Source of the DNA: Alphaproteobacteria bacterium
GTDB taxonomy: Bacteria > Pseudomonadota > Alphaproteobacteria > RF32 > CAG-239
Reading direction: 5' to 3'
NCBI GenBank assembly: GCA_017501665.1
Contig: JAFVWM010000038.1
Location: 69,252-133,251 of the forward strand
Length of the DNA stretch: 64,000 nucleotides
Shown: positions 51,154 to 60,328 of the stretch, piece after piece
How positions within the stretch are numbered: position 1 is the stretch's first letter
Layout of the letters: the number at the start of each line of letters is the position of its first letter
Made by a program: the position numbers and the translations under genes
Notes under the pieces: generated by a model
Databases searched by the model: none
What the model was told of the DNA's origin: nothing
The model's input: the letters and a program-made list of their open reading frames with translations, nothing else

Positions 51154-52174
51154 TATGATTATAAATGATACTAAATTCAAGATAGTAGATACATTTGATA
51201 ATTTTATGACTGTTCCTGATTGTTTTGTAAAAAATCCAAACAAAATAGGAAGTGGTAATGGAGAAGCAAAATTTTACATTTCAAATAAAGATGAAATGAG
51301 AAGATTTTATGGAGGGGAAGGCTTTACAAAAAAATGTTTTTTATTAAAACAGGATTTAATAAACTATATGATAGCCGTAAAAAATGAGTATATTACACCG
51401 TCCCAAGATTATAGAAACAAAGAAGAATTTCCTACTTTATGGGATAAACGGATGTCTTTAATCAATTCCCAACCTGATGTTATAATGTTTGATATTATTG
51501 ACCAAACTCAGATTGAAGGACCTAGAGGATACGTTAACTCTAGGGATTTTGGATATGAACTCATACGAACAATAGCACTTCCTTTAATCTCATATTTGTC
51601 TGCAATGGAACTAAAGGATAAGAAAGGGGCAACATTGTATTATTGGAAATTATTTGCTGATTTTGAAGCTATTGCACAAAAAAAATGTGAACCTCTTGTT
51701 TTTAGTTACGGTAAGAAGAAAAGAGAAAACGATGAAGAAGACAAAGATAGTGAAATAATTTTACCACTAGAAACCCCGCAACAAAAAGAGATAAGATATG
51801 CAAGAAATGGACAAGGCAAATATAGGGAAACACTATTAGAAGAATGTCCCTTTTGCCCTATTACAATGATAAATGATGAACGTATACTAATTGCTAGCCA
51901 CATAAAACCATGGGCTGCGTCAAATGATAAAGAAAAAATTGACCCTCAAAATGGCTTCATGCTTTCACCATTATATGACAAACTATTTGATAGAGGTTTT
52001 ATAACATTTACAAACGATAGAATCTTACATATTTCAAAATGGATATCACCTAAGAATATTCAGCGAATGGGACTAAAAGATAAGATGTTTATACAGCAGC
52101 TGCCTTTAACTAAAGAACGTTGTTGTTACTTAGATTTTCATATATCATCGGTCTTTCATGGAATAATTGAATAA
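51143..52174 (+). CDS. HNH-family endonuclease, the candidate type II restriction enzyme partner of the MTase.
   Basis: 'CPFCPI...HIKPWAASNDKEKIDPQNGFMLSPLYDKLFDRGFITF' is an HNH-type motif. The gene overlaps the MTase by 11 nt. Confidence 0.65.
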   Translation: MVCNMIINDTKFKIVDTFDNFMTVPDCFVKNPNKIGSGNGEAKFYISNKDEMRRFYGGEGFTKKCFLLKQDLINYMIAVKNEYITPSQDYRNKEEFPTLWDKRMSLINSQPDVIMFDIIDQTQIEGPRGYVNSRDFGYELIRTIALPLISYLSAMELKDKKGATLYYWKLFADFEAIAQKKCEPLVFSYGKKKRENDEEDKDSEIILPLETPQQKEIRYARNGQGKYRETLLEECPFCPITMINDERILIASHIKPWAASNDKEKIDPQNGFMLSPLYDKLFDRGFITFTNDRILHISKWISPKNIQRMGLKDKMFIQQLPLTKERCCYLDFHISSVFHGIIE

Positions 52175-52564
52175 CAAACAAATACAACAGATAAAAGAGC
52201 GGCATTTTATGATGTCGCTCTTTCTAGTTATGTATATGCATAACTTCACCCTTTCAAGCAATCTTTACCTTAAATAGTATTGATTACGAATGTTTTGTTT
52301 TGCTTGATATATCAAGCATTCTGTTAAAAAGCAATTTGCTGCAATATAGCATACATCTGCAGGTGTCCTAGCTTGAGTAAAATCATAGCACGTTTTTGCT
52401 CTTGACACCCAAGATAGTACAGTTAACAATTCTAACACATTTCTCAACCTCCAATCAGAACCCTAGACTTGATATAACACAACAACATATTGTGTTTTAT
52501 CGGATTCGTAATACATTATATTGAAATAAATTTAGATTGTCAAATTAGCGAAGTCTAATATTTC

Positions 52565-53095
52565 TTAGGCATTGGTCACATCTCCCATCATCCTCTCCAC
52601 ATCCTCCAAATCAATACCTTTTGATGATAAAACAGACATCAAGGTTTCTAGTGCGTTTTTGTAGCTATCTCGCTCATTTTCTAATGATTTGATACGGATT
52701 TGAGCCTCGTTTAGCTCATTTTTATAGTAGTTTGCCCATTGCTCTTGGTCTTGGGCATCGTGTTTTAGCATATTCTTTTCAATGTTGCCCATATTAACAC
52801 CGTCTAGAGGCATAAATTCGCGTCCGGAGAGCGATAATTGTCTTCTGCCCTTATCATCACAGTTTTTTATCAAATAACCCTCTCTGACGAGTTTATTAAC
52901 CATAACTTTGGTTGATGAAGTTTTACAACAAATCGCCTTTGCCAATGTCTCGTTATTCATGAAAAATTTGAAGTTGCGATTGGTTTTATAACCGATATAT
53001 GTTAAAATTAAACGCTCTGTAATAGTGAGCTTTCTTTGTCTTTCACTCATTTTAATTCCTTTAATATGTATTTTAACATGAGTATTTATCGGCAA
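52565..53095 (-). CDS. Winged-helix DNA-binding protein, a putative iteron-binding autoregulator or replication-initiator-like protein.
   Basis: 'LTITERLILTYIGYKTNRNFKFFMNNETLAKAICCKTSSTKVMVNKLVREGYL' looks wHTH-like. A C-terminal coiled coil is present. The iteron array lies immediately upstream. The start may be at 53050 (MSERQRK). Confidence 0.5.
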   Translation of the reverse strand: MPINTHVKIHIKGIKMSERQRKLTITERLILTYIGYKTNRNFKFFMNNETLAKAICCKTSSTKVMVNKLVREGYLIKNCDDKGRRQLSLSGREFMPLDGVNMGNIEKNMLKHDAQDQEQWANYYKNELNEAQIRIKSLENERDSYKNALETLMSVLSSKGIDLEDVERMMGDVTNA

Positions 53096-53130
53096 ATTTT
53101 ACGCTTTGTAATTTTAACAAAAAATGCTGC

Positions 53131-53274
53131 GGAAATGAATATTTCCACCTAAAATCGCAGCGGAAATGGATATTTCCACTAAAACGCCAAATGGAAATGA
53201 ATATTTCCGCTATCGGAAACGGTTATTTCCGTAGGTGGAAATGGATATTTCCGTAAGCGGAAACAGATATTTCC
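53131..53274. promoter_or_regulatory. Array of six 16-bp imperfect palindromes 'GGAAA(T/C)NNNTATTTCC' (iterons or operators).
   Basis: Units start at 53131, 53162, 53193, 53215, 53237 and 53259 (see finding at 52565-53290 for spacing and sequences). Confidence 0.75.
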
Positions 53275-53632
53275 GCCGCACTTTGCTGAAACTGTTGATA
53301 CACAAGGAATTGAGAGCTGTTTTTTGCTCCTATAATATAATTATAATAGAAATAAAATAGCTATTATAATAGCAAAATTTGTTTTGATTAAAATACAAAA
53401 CCAAAGGAAATCAAAGGGATTTAACTCACTTAAAATAAAAAAAGTGCAATAGGAATACCCATCGCACTTATTTGTTAAAAAACATATTAATGAAGTAAAA
53501 GGCAATATTTAACTTCACATGTATTTATCGGTTAATTAAGCGAATTTGTTAAAATAAAAAATTACAAGTTGTAATGATAAATACATTTGTAATGAAGAAA
53601 AAGGAGCAAATATATTCGGCTACAATGCGATA

Positions 53633-53827
53633 ATGTCAGTGATTTTGAACGAAAATATGACTGATGAGCAAAAACTGGATGTGATTCAAATGTTGATTGA
53701 TAAGGGATGTGATGTAAATTGGCTCAATTACCAACGCGAAACAGCACTTCTTATCGCTTTGGAACGAATAGAAATAGATATTGCTAATTTGCTTTTAGAC
53801 AATGGTGCAGTGATTTATAAGGAATAA
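53633..53827 (+). pseudogene. Short ankyrin-repeat-like ORF, likely a gene remnant.
   Basis: 'ETALLIALERIEIDIANLLLDNGAVIYKE' resembles an ankyrin repeat consensus; only 64 aa. Confidence 0.35.
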
Positions 53828-53888
53828 GCCCATTAAATCATAAATTCTCCTACAAAATCGCTACTTTTAATGAAGTGGCGGTTTTGTT

Positions 53889-54449
53889 TTACAAATTAGA
53901 ATTATCTATATCAATCCAATATCTTTTATACTTCTGCCCATTATTTTGCCATGGTAACGTAATTATATTTTCTAAAACACCACCATTTTTTTCAATGGCT
54001 TTCCAAGAGCCTATATTTTCTTCTTTAGCAGCTATAAGCAATTTATTCATTCCTAATTCACGAGCTTTTATTATTAGCAATGATAAACCTTTGGTTGCAT
54101 ATCCCTTTCTTCTGTACTTAGGCGTAACGCCGTATCCGACATTTCCGCCGATATACATTAAAAAATCATTCAACTCCGTTCGCAAATTAAATGCACCAAT
54201 AAATTTTCCTTCATCTATAAGCCAATATGGTATTTGCGGGGCATTGGGATAATATTTGCCATCATCCCGCAATCTTGGTGTAGGGTCATAAGGCTTTAGT
54301 ACTTTATTCATTAAAAAAGCTTCAAAATCTTTTTCAATATCAGCAATTGCATCATCACTCATCGGCGATTGTGAGCCTAAATAAAATCCATCTTTTAATG
54401 CTTCAACAAAACTATCTTTGTATTTTACATCCGGTTTGACTAGTTCCAT
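53889..54449 (-). CDS. GNAT-family N-acetyltransferase.
   Basis: 'KYRRKGYATKGLSLLI' is GNAT motif A. Confidence 0.65.
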   Translation of the reverse strand: MELVKPDVKYKDSFVEALKDGFYLGSQSPMSDDAIADIEKDFEAFLMNKVLKPYDPTPRLRDDGKYYPNAPQIPYWLIDEGKFIGAFNLRTELNDFLMYIGGNVGYGVTPKYRRKGYATKGLSLLIIKARELGMNKLLIAAKEENIGSWKAIEKNGGVLENIITLPWQNNGQKYKRYWIDIDNSNL

Positions 54450-54482
54450 ATCATAATCCTTTCTTTAATCACATCTTGTGAT

Positions 54483-54575
54483 ACCTAGTGAATTTGTTCG
54501 GCATTTGGTTTTCTTGCCGTTTTGGTCGGTGTAGGTTGTAACGCCTAATGAATTTGTGCGAGCTTTTATAGTGTT
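54483..54575. repeat. ~93-nt exact duplicate of the 3' end of the repeat-protein gene (55383-55475), displaced into an intergenic position.
   Basis: 'acctagtgaatttgttcggcatttggttttcttgccgttttggtcggtgtaggttgtaacgcctaatgaatttgtgcgagcttttatagtgtt' is present at both sites. Confidence 0.85.
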
Positions 54576-54591
54576 ATTTACTTGCTGAAAC

Positions 54592-55278
54592 TTATTTTAA
54601 TTTTTTCTTTAGTTCTACTGAATCTACATTAATTTTTTTTCTTATTATTTCCAATGCTTGTTTTATATTATCTGCTGCAACTTTTCTTCGTAGTGTAGGC
54701 CAACCATCATATCCTCGCCACATAGCCATGAGATTAGAATTTGAAACATTTTCGACATATCTCTTTATTATTTCTTTTTTATTATTCATTATTTGTACTT
54801 CAACTTCCAGCGTTTCTTTTAATTTATTGTACGGAAACCCCATAAAATTAATAGTAAATAACGAAACAATTGAAACTAAGGGATAAACATATGATTGTTC
54901 ACTTCCTCTATATCCTAATCTTAGTGAAATATATCCTTTTTTAACACCATAAGGATTAGATATATTTTCTAAGACTTCTTTATTAAAAATATTTATAGCA
55001 TCATTAACTCGAGCATCTTTATAATGTTGCCCTTGTGTGTTAGCTATCTGAGCCCATCCTCCGAAAGCATGATTATTCATATATGCAGTTCCAAAATTAT
55101 TCGCTATACTGCTAAATGAACCACTTGAATATGTAGCTTCTAAATTATTAATATCAACCAATATATCTATAGCCGGTAATAAATTATTATTAGGTTCAAT
55201 TATTGGATTAACATCTTGATATGTTATCGATTTACATGAACATAATAAAAAACAGGCTACGTAAAATATCTTTTTCAT
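54592..55278 (-). CDS. Putative lipoprotein, unknown function.
   Basis: 'MKKIFYVACFLLCSCKS' is a lipobox-like signal. Confidence 0.5.
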   Translation of the reverse strand: MKKIFYVACFLLCSCKSITYQDVNPIIEPNNNLLPAIDILVDINNLEATYSSGSFSSIANNFGTAYMNNHAFGGWAQIANTQGQHYKDARVNDAINIFNKEVLENISNPYGVKKGYISLRLGYRGSEQSYVYPLVSIVSLFTINFMGFPYNKLKETLEVEVQIMNNKKEIIKRYVENVSNSNLMAMWRGYDGWPTLRRKVAADNIKQALEIIRKKINVDSVELKKKLK

Positions 55279-55367
55279 ATTCTAGTCCTTTTAGCTATAT
55301 AACTCATGTGACTAGTCTAAACATAAGAAACAAAAAGATTCAACAATTTTATTGTATTAGTAGCGAT

Positions 55368-55769
55368 TTAATCGCACCTCGTAACACCTAGTGAATTTGT
55401 TCGGCATTTGGTTTTCTTGCCGTTTTGGTCGGTGTAGGTTGTAACGCCTAATGAATTTGTGCGAGCTTTTATAGTGTTGCCTTTATTATCTTTATAAGTG
55501 GTCGTCCCAAGCGAATTTGTTTTTGCTGTGCCTCTTGTGCCATCGCTACCGGTATAGGTTGTTGTACCCAAAGAGTTGGTTCTTGCTTTTACTTTATTTC
55601 CTTTGTTATCGGTATAAGTCGTTACACCGAGTGAATTTGTGCGAGATTTGATAATCCGACCGTCATTATCCTTACAAGTTGTAACCCCCAAAGAATTGGT
55701 AGAGCAACGCATATCAGCCCAAGCCGAGCCGACACAAAACATACAAATCAAAGCAATTACATACCGCAT
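55368..55769 (-). CDS. Small secreted protein made of six 21-aa tandem repeats.
   Basis: Signal peptide 'MRYVIALICMFCVGSAWA'. Repeats are of the form 'RTNSLGVTTYTDNKGNKVKA' (63-nt DNA repeats). Confidence 0.6.
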   Translation of the reverse strand: MRYVIALICMFCVGSAWADMRCSTNSLGVTTCKDNDGRIIKSRTNSLGVTTYTDNKGNKVKARTNSLGTTTYTGSDGTRGTAKTNSLGTTTYKDNKGNTIKARTNSLGVTTYTDQNGKKTKCRTNSLGVTRCD

Positions 55770-55773
55770 CCAA

Positions 55774-56505
55774 TCATTCCTTTTTTCCAAAAATATAACA
55801 AATAGGATTTGCCATACCGTATTTCTTAAATGAATTATGCTTGTTTACATATTGTGGGTATTGAGACGAGACATCAACACCTTCAAATAACCAACGTTTT
55901 CTTCCTCTTTCATCAGTCTCATTACTCCACTGAAGCGGTTTATATACAGCTCTAAATATTCCATGGTATTCACTAATTACTAATTCAATATCTTTTATCT
56001 TATTAGAATTTAACAACCAGCTTTTTCGTGTCGCCTCATAAACATCTTTGGCTGTTTCATAAGTTTTGTTTATATTAACAATCAAACAATTATGAAAAAT
56101 ATCTTCTTTTGCTATGTCATCAACACAATAAAAGGCTTCAATTTCAGATATTGATTTCATACCGTTATCAAGAGAATGATATCCACCCATAATATTTAAT
56201 AAATTTCTATCATTCCAAGATTTTGAAGAGAAAATATCAATCAATGCGGCTTCTAAATGAAATGCTTCAATTTCTGTTAGACCATGTCTAATGATAAATT
56301 TTTGAACATTTGCTCCCGATGATTTTATGTCCGCAATTCGTTTGTTTTTCTCTTTTTCCGCAACTTCTTGTTCGTGAGCAAATACTCTATTACCACAACC
56401 TTTGCCAATATAGAATATTTGTTTATTGCGAGAATCAATTAAACAGTATACATAATAACCAATACTTTCTATTGTAGCTTTAGAAAATTCAATAACATCA
56501 GACAT
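55774..56505 (-). CDS. GIY-YIG nuclease-domain protein with a C-terminal domain of unknown function.
   Basis: 'YYVYCLIDSRNKQIFYIGKGCGNRVFAH' is the GIY-YIG motif. The start is taken at 'MSDVIEF', which is preceded by 'aggag'; the ORF track begins earlier, at 56556. Confidence 0.65.
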   Translation of the reverse strand: MSDVIEFSKATIESIGYYVYCLIDSRNKQIFYIGKGCGNRVFAHEQEVAEKEKNKRIADIKSSGANVQKFIIRHGLTEIEAFHLEAALIDIFSSKSWNDRNLLNIMGGYHSLDNGMKSISEIEAFYCVDDIAKEDIFHNCLIVNINKTYETAKDVYEATRKSWLLNSNKIKDIELVISEYHGIFRAVYKPLQWSNETDERGRKRWLFEGVDVSSQYPQYVNKHNSFKKYGMANPICYIFGKKE

Positions 56506-56638
56506 CAAAACATCTCCTAACATCATTATCTTACAAGCTATATAACGAAAAAACAAAGAAAAAAGTTCAGTTTATGCTATAATTTATAGCTTTTTTAACA
56601 AACTGTGCTTTATCATTTTTATAAAGAGTGAGGTTTAG

Positions 56639-57199
56639 ATGAACTACAAATTTGGTGTTTATGGCGATAGTATTGCATTTGGTTATGGCAACAATAACCA
56701 AAGTTGGTTTGATGAGCTTTATTTAGGAAATGAAGCTTTGAAACTCGCGCAAAACGGTGAGAAGATTGAAGATGTTTTACGCAAAATCAAACAAGACGAC
56801 AATCATTATGACACTTTGTTTTTAGCAGTAGGCATTAACAATTTGCTGTCCGGAGCTCCTAAACCCAACCGAATAGACATTTCCAGTCTTATCAATCAGT
56901 ATGAAGAAGTCTTAAAAGTAGCCAAAACAAAGGCTTCTAACATTATTGTTCAGTCAGTTTTACCTGTCAGGGAAGAGCTTTTTCCAAATCAAGCTTGGCT
57001 TGATGAGGATAAATGGGGTTTTAATGCAGATGTTGAAACATTTAATCAAAAACTGGCAAAACTGTGTGAAACGCATCAAATCAAGTATTTAGATGCTTAT
57101 ATGAGCTTTTGCTCACTGGATTTATCAAAGATTTATATGGATGCTGTCCACTTAAATAAAGAAGGACAACAAGAACTTGCGATGGTTTATAAGAAATAA
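56639..57199 (+). CDS. SGNH/GDSL hydrolase.
   Basis: 'FGVYGDSIAFGYG' is the GDS(L) block I; C-terminal 'DAVHLNKEG' is the DxxH block V. Confidence 0.7.
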   Translation: MNYKFGVYGDSIAFGYGNNNQSWFDELYLGNEALKLAQNGEKIEDVLRKIKQDDNHYDTLFLAVGINNLLSGAPKPNRIDISSLINQYEEVLKVAKTKASNIIVQSVLPVREELFPNQAWLDEDKWGFNADVETFNQKLAKLCETHQIKYLDAYMSFCSLDLSKIYMDAVHLNKEGQQELAMVYKK

Positions 57200-57368
57200 G
57201 AATTTTGTCATTTTATAAAAGATATAACCAAACCTTGGATTTCTTTCGAAAAGACCCATTGCTCGAAGCAATTTGTTGTATTTGTCGCTTTTATCGGTCA
57301 TTTCAAAAAATGCGTACAAATAGACTTCTTTAAAAGGTGTTATTCTTCTATAAATTGATTATATAAAA

Positions 57369-58013
57369 CTATCTTTCTTTATCTTGTTTTAGTTGCTCAT
57401 TATAGCTGTTTTGTAGTAAACTATATATCTCGCAACCGGCTTTTATATCAAAGTATGATTTCAATTTATATCTTGGTTCTATTACTTCTTGAGGTAATTC
57501 TACTCCATGGCGTTCAGAATATTCTTTTGCTCTTTGCTCCAACGTAACAATACCATCTTTATTTGCCAAACTATCAGCTAATTGTATTAATAAATCCTCA
57601 TCTGTTGTTTCATGTTTTTTAATAAAATCTGCAACAAAATCATAATCCTCTTGTTTATAAAAAAACATTTTTGAACATTTTTCATATTCAGGTAACTTAT
57701 TCCAAGGAAACATATGAAGCAATGCAGAACGAGCTGACTTTTCATCAATATCCTTCAGTTTTTCATACCCTAATATTCCATGAAATCTTTGTTTTCTATC
57801 TTCTTCTGTACGGCATATATCATGCAACATTGCAGAAACATATACTTCTCCAATATTCATACCATCTATTTTAGAAGCTATTTTTTTTGCAACGTTGGCA
57901 ACCCCCATAATATGATTTTCATAAGTAAACCATGTTTCTGGCTTTCTTCCTAAAATTATTTCTCTTTCTTTTAGTTCTTCTATTAATTTTTTTGCATTTT
58001 CAATTGATAGCAT
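57369..58013 (-). CDS. HD-domain phosphohydrolase.
   Basis: 'HIMGVANVA...SAMLHDICR' is the H...HD motif. Confidence 0.65.
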   Translation of the reverse strand: MLSIENAKKLIEELKEREIILGRKPETWFTYENHIMGVANVAKKIASKIDGMNIGEVYVSAMLHDICRTEEDRKQRFHGILGYEKLKDIDEKSARSALLHMFPWNKLPEYEKCSKMFFYKQEDYDFVADFIKKHETTDEDLLIQLADSLANKDGIVTLEQRAKEYSERHGVELPQEVIEPRYKLKSYFDIKAGCEIYSLLQNSYNEQLKQDKER

Positions 58014-58069
58014 ATATTTGCTCCTATATTTTTTACCGATTTTATATTATCAAGACAAAAAGTAAATAT

Positions 58070-58312
58070 CTATTTCAAATATCCTCTAACCAAACCTTGG
58101 ATTTTGCTTGTATATCTGGAAGCTTTGAGAAGGTTTTTATATCTATCTCTTTGGTCTGTCATTCCAAAGAAAGCACAAAGCAACATTTGTCCTAAATCAT
58201 CAGCTCGTTTCATAACATCTTGAAGCAATTCTTCAAAAGTACCGTTATAGGCTTCTTTTAAGATTTTGTAGCTTTTAATCTTCTTACGATTTTCGTTCAA
58301 AAACTTGCCCAA
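58070..58312 (-). CDS. Small hypothetical protein.
   Basis: 80-aa ORF; no motif. Confidence 0.3.
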   Translation of the reverse strand: MGKFLNENRKKIKSYKILKEAYNGTFEELLQDVMKRADDLGQMLLCAFFGMTDQRDRYKNLLKASRYTSKIQGLVRGYLK

Positions 58313-58552
58313 ACTATCAATATCATTAAAATTCTTATACCCTTTACGGTTTGTAATAACTCAATTAACATTTCTTATATTAAGAAGGGAAAACTAATCA
58401 ATCATCGATTTGAATACGATGATACGGAAAAATATACTCCGACCGATGAGGTGAAACGGATTTTGAGGAATTTGAGATAATAATAAAAATTATCCTTTTC
58501 TACTTGATTTTATTTCTTATAGATAATATAATATCTATAAGATTGTTAAATA

Positions 58553-58870
58553 TTGATTAAGGATAATATAATGTCTTTTATACTAAAGTCCCCATTAGAA
58601 GTTATGCAAGATATTGCTTATAAAGCGAAATCCAAACGTTTAGAGCAGAATTTAACACAACAAGGGTTGTCTGTTCGTTCAGGTGTGAGTTTGGGTACAA
58701 TTAAGCGTTTTGAGCGTTTTGGCGAAATATCTCTTAAATCTTTAATTGATATTGCTTTAACTTTAGGCTGTATGAATGATTTTGAAGAACTTTTTAAGGA
58801 TAATCAAAAACCACAAAGCCTTTTTGAAAAAAAATCTGACCAAACACGCAAAAGAGGAACAATAAAATGA
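58553..58870 (+). CDS. hipB: HipB-like XRE-family HTH antitoxin.
   Basis: 'LTQQGLSVRSGVSLGTIKRFERF' is an HTH; 4-nt overlap with hipA. Confidence 0.75.
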   Translation: MIKDNIMSFILKSPLEVMQDIAYKAKSKRLEQNLTQQGLSVRSGVSLGTIKRFERFGEISLKSLIDIALTLGCMNDFEELFKDNQKPQSLFEKKSDQTRKRGTIK

Positions 58871-60039
58871 GGTTAAATGTATTTTTGAATACTTATGGAA
58901 ACCGTCTTTTTGTAGGTGTTTTGGAAGAACAGAAGCAACGTATATTTTTTGAATATGCGCCGGAGTTTATTCAATCAAACATTCCTTTATCACCTTTTAT
59001 GCTTCCTTTAAAACAACAAGTTTATGAAGATGAAAAATACACTTTTGATGGTTTATTCGGTGTATTTAATGATAGTTTACCGGATGGTTGGGGGTGCTTA
59101 TTATTAGATAGAAAACTACAAAAAAAAGGTTTGAGTTATAATTCAATCACTCCTTTGCAACGATTATCTCTTATCGGCTTAAATGCTATGGGTGCTTTAG
59201 AATATGAACCCATAACCGAAATTGATAAAGAATTTGTCGGAGATATAGTGTTGGATGCTTTATCAATGGAAGCCGGCAAAATTTTACAAGGCAACAGTTC
59301 AGATGTTTTAGATGAACTTTTAAGCCTTAATGGGTCTTCAGGGGGAGCAAGACCCAAAATCGTAGCACTTGTTTCAAAAGATAAACAAACATTGATTCAC
59401 GGAAACCTTACACAAGAAAATTATGAGCCTTGGTTAATAAAATTTAACTCATCTCTTGATGACAAAGATATCGGAGCAAAAGAATACATTTATTCATTGA
59501 TGGCTAAGGATGCAGGAATTGAAATGCCTGATACCTTTTTGTTCCCTTCAAAAGATAGTAGTGGACATTTTGGTGTAAAACGCTTTGATAGAACAACAGA
59601 AAGTAAAATTCATGTTCATACAGCATGTGGATTGTTGCATGCAAGCCACCGTTTTGCTTCTTTAGACTATACATCTCTCTTAAAATTAACAGCAATTTTA
59701 ACCAAAGATGTCCGTGAAGTTGAAAAAATGGTCAGATTAATGATATTCAACATCAAATCCAATAATAAAGATGACCACAGCAAAAACTTTTCATTTATGC
59801 TAACAAAAGATAATGTCTGGAAAATGACACCGGCATACGATTTAACTCCATCTCAAGGTTTAAATGGTGAACAAACAGCAATGGTAAATGGTAAAGGAAA
59901 AAATATCACAAAAGAAGACTTTATAAAAGTTGCAGAACCTTTTGGTTTTGATGCTAAAAAAGTAGAAGAAATTGTAGAACAAGTTGATGATGCTTTATTC
60001 TGTTACAAAAAATATGCAAGCAATGTTGGGATTAAGTAA
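58867..60039 (+). CDS. hipA: HipA-family Ser/Thr kinase toxin.
   Basis: HipA N-terminal region 'LSPFMLPL', 'FGVFNDSLPDGWGCLLL'. Catalytic 'NNKDDHSKNFSF' matches the D-x-H-x-KN-S motif. Confidence 0.85.
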   Translation: MRLNVFLNTYGNRLFVGVLEEQKQRIFFEYAPEFIQSNIPLSPFMLPLKQQVYEDEKYTFDGLFGVFNDSLPDGWGCLLLDRKLQKKGLSYNSITPLQRLSLIGLNAMGALEYEPITEIDKEFVGDIVLDALSMEAGKILQGNSSDVLDELLSLNGSSGGARPKIVALVSKDKQTLIHGNLTQENYEPWLIKFNSSLDDKDIGAKEYIYSLMAKDAGIEMPDTFLFPSKDSSGHFGVKRFDRTTESKIHVHTACGLLHASHRFASLDYTSLLKLTAILTKDVREVEKMVRLMIFNIKSNNKDDHSKNFSFMLTKDNVWKMTPAYDLTPSQGLNGEQTAMVNGKGKNITKEDFIKVAEPFGFDAKKVEEIVEQVDDALFCYKKYASNVGIK

Positions 60040-60165
60040 TTAGTTATAAATGTTAAACAATATGCACAAACTAATCTGTTCTTTCATTTCTAAAATTTCC
60101 TCTCTGTGCTCTATAAAAAAGTTGATATTAATACTCAATTTTATAGTATTTTCACTATAACGTGG

Positions 60166-60251
60166 CGCACCAATTTGGAGAGGGTTATCAAAGAATTTTG
60201 CTAACCCTGTACAGTCTGGCTGGAGACGACTTGCAATCTGCGAGTAAATTG
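60166..60251 (+). repeat. att-like composite repeat: repeat A (a copy of 48294-48338) immediately followed by repeat B (a copy recurs at 62016-62051).
   Basis: 'gcgcaccaatttggagagggttatcaaagaattttgctaaccct' + 'gtacagtctggctggagacgacttgcaatctgcgagtaaattg'. Confidence 0.8.
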
Positions 60252-60328
60252 CATATAAAAAGCATTGAAAATATAATTTATTTCTGTAATAATTTATCTG
60301 AGTTAAACAAAGACCTAATGGGGATAAT

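Noticed and set aside
53131-53274. Regularly spaced 16-bp repeats that could be mistaken for a CRISPR array
   Set aside because: The repeats are palindromic and only 16 bp. Spacers are 6-15 bp with 22- and 31-bp phasing, far shorter than CRISPR spacers. No cas genes are present. Iterons or operators fit better.
59136-59695. Small minus-strand ORFs inside hipA
   Set aside because: They are antisense to hipA, which has clear HipA family motifs.
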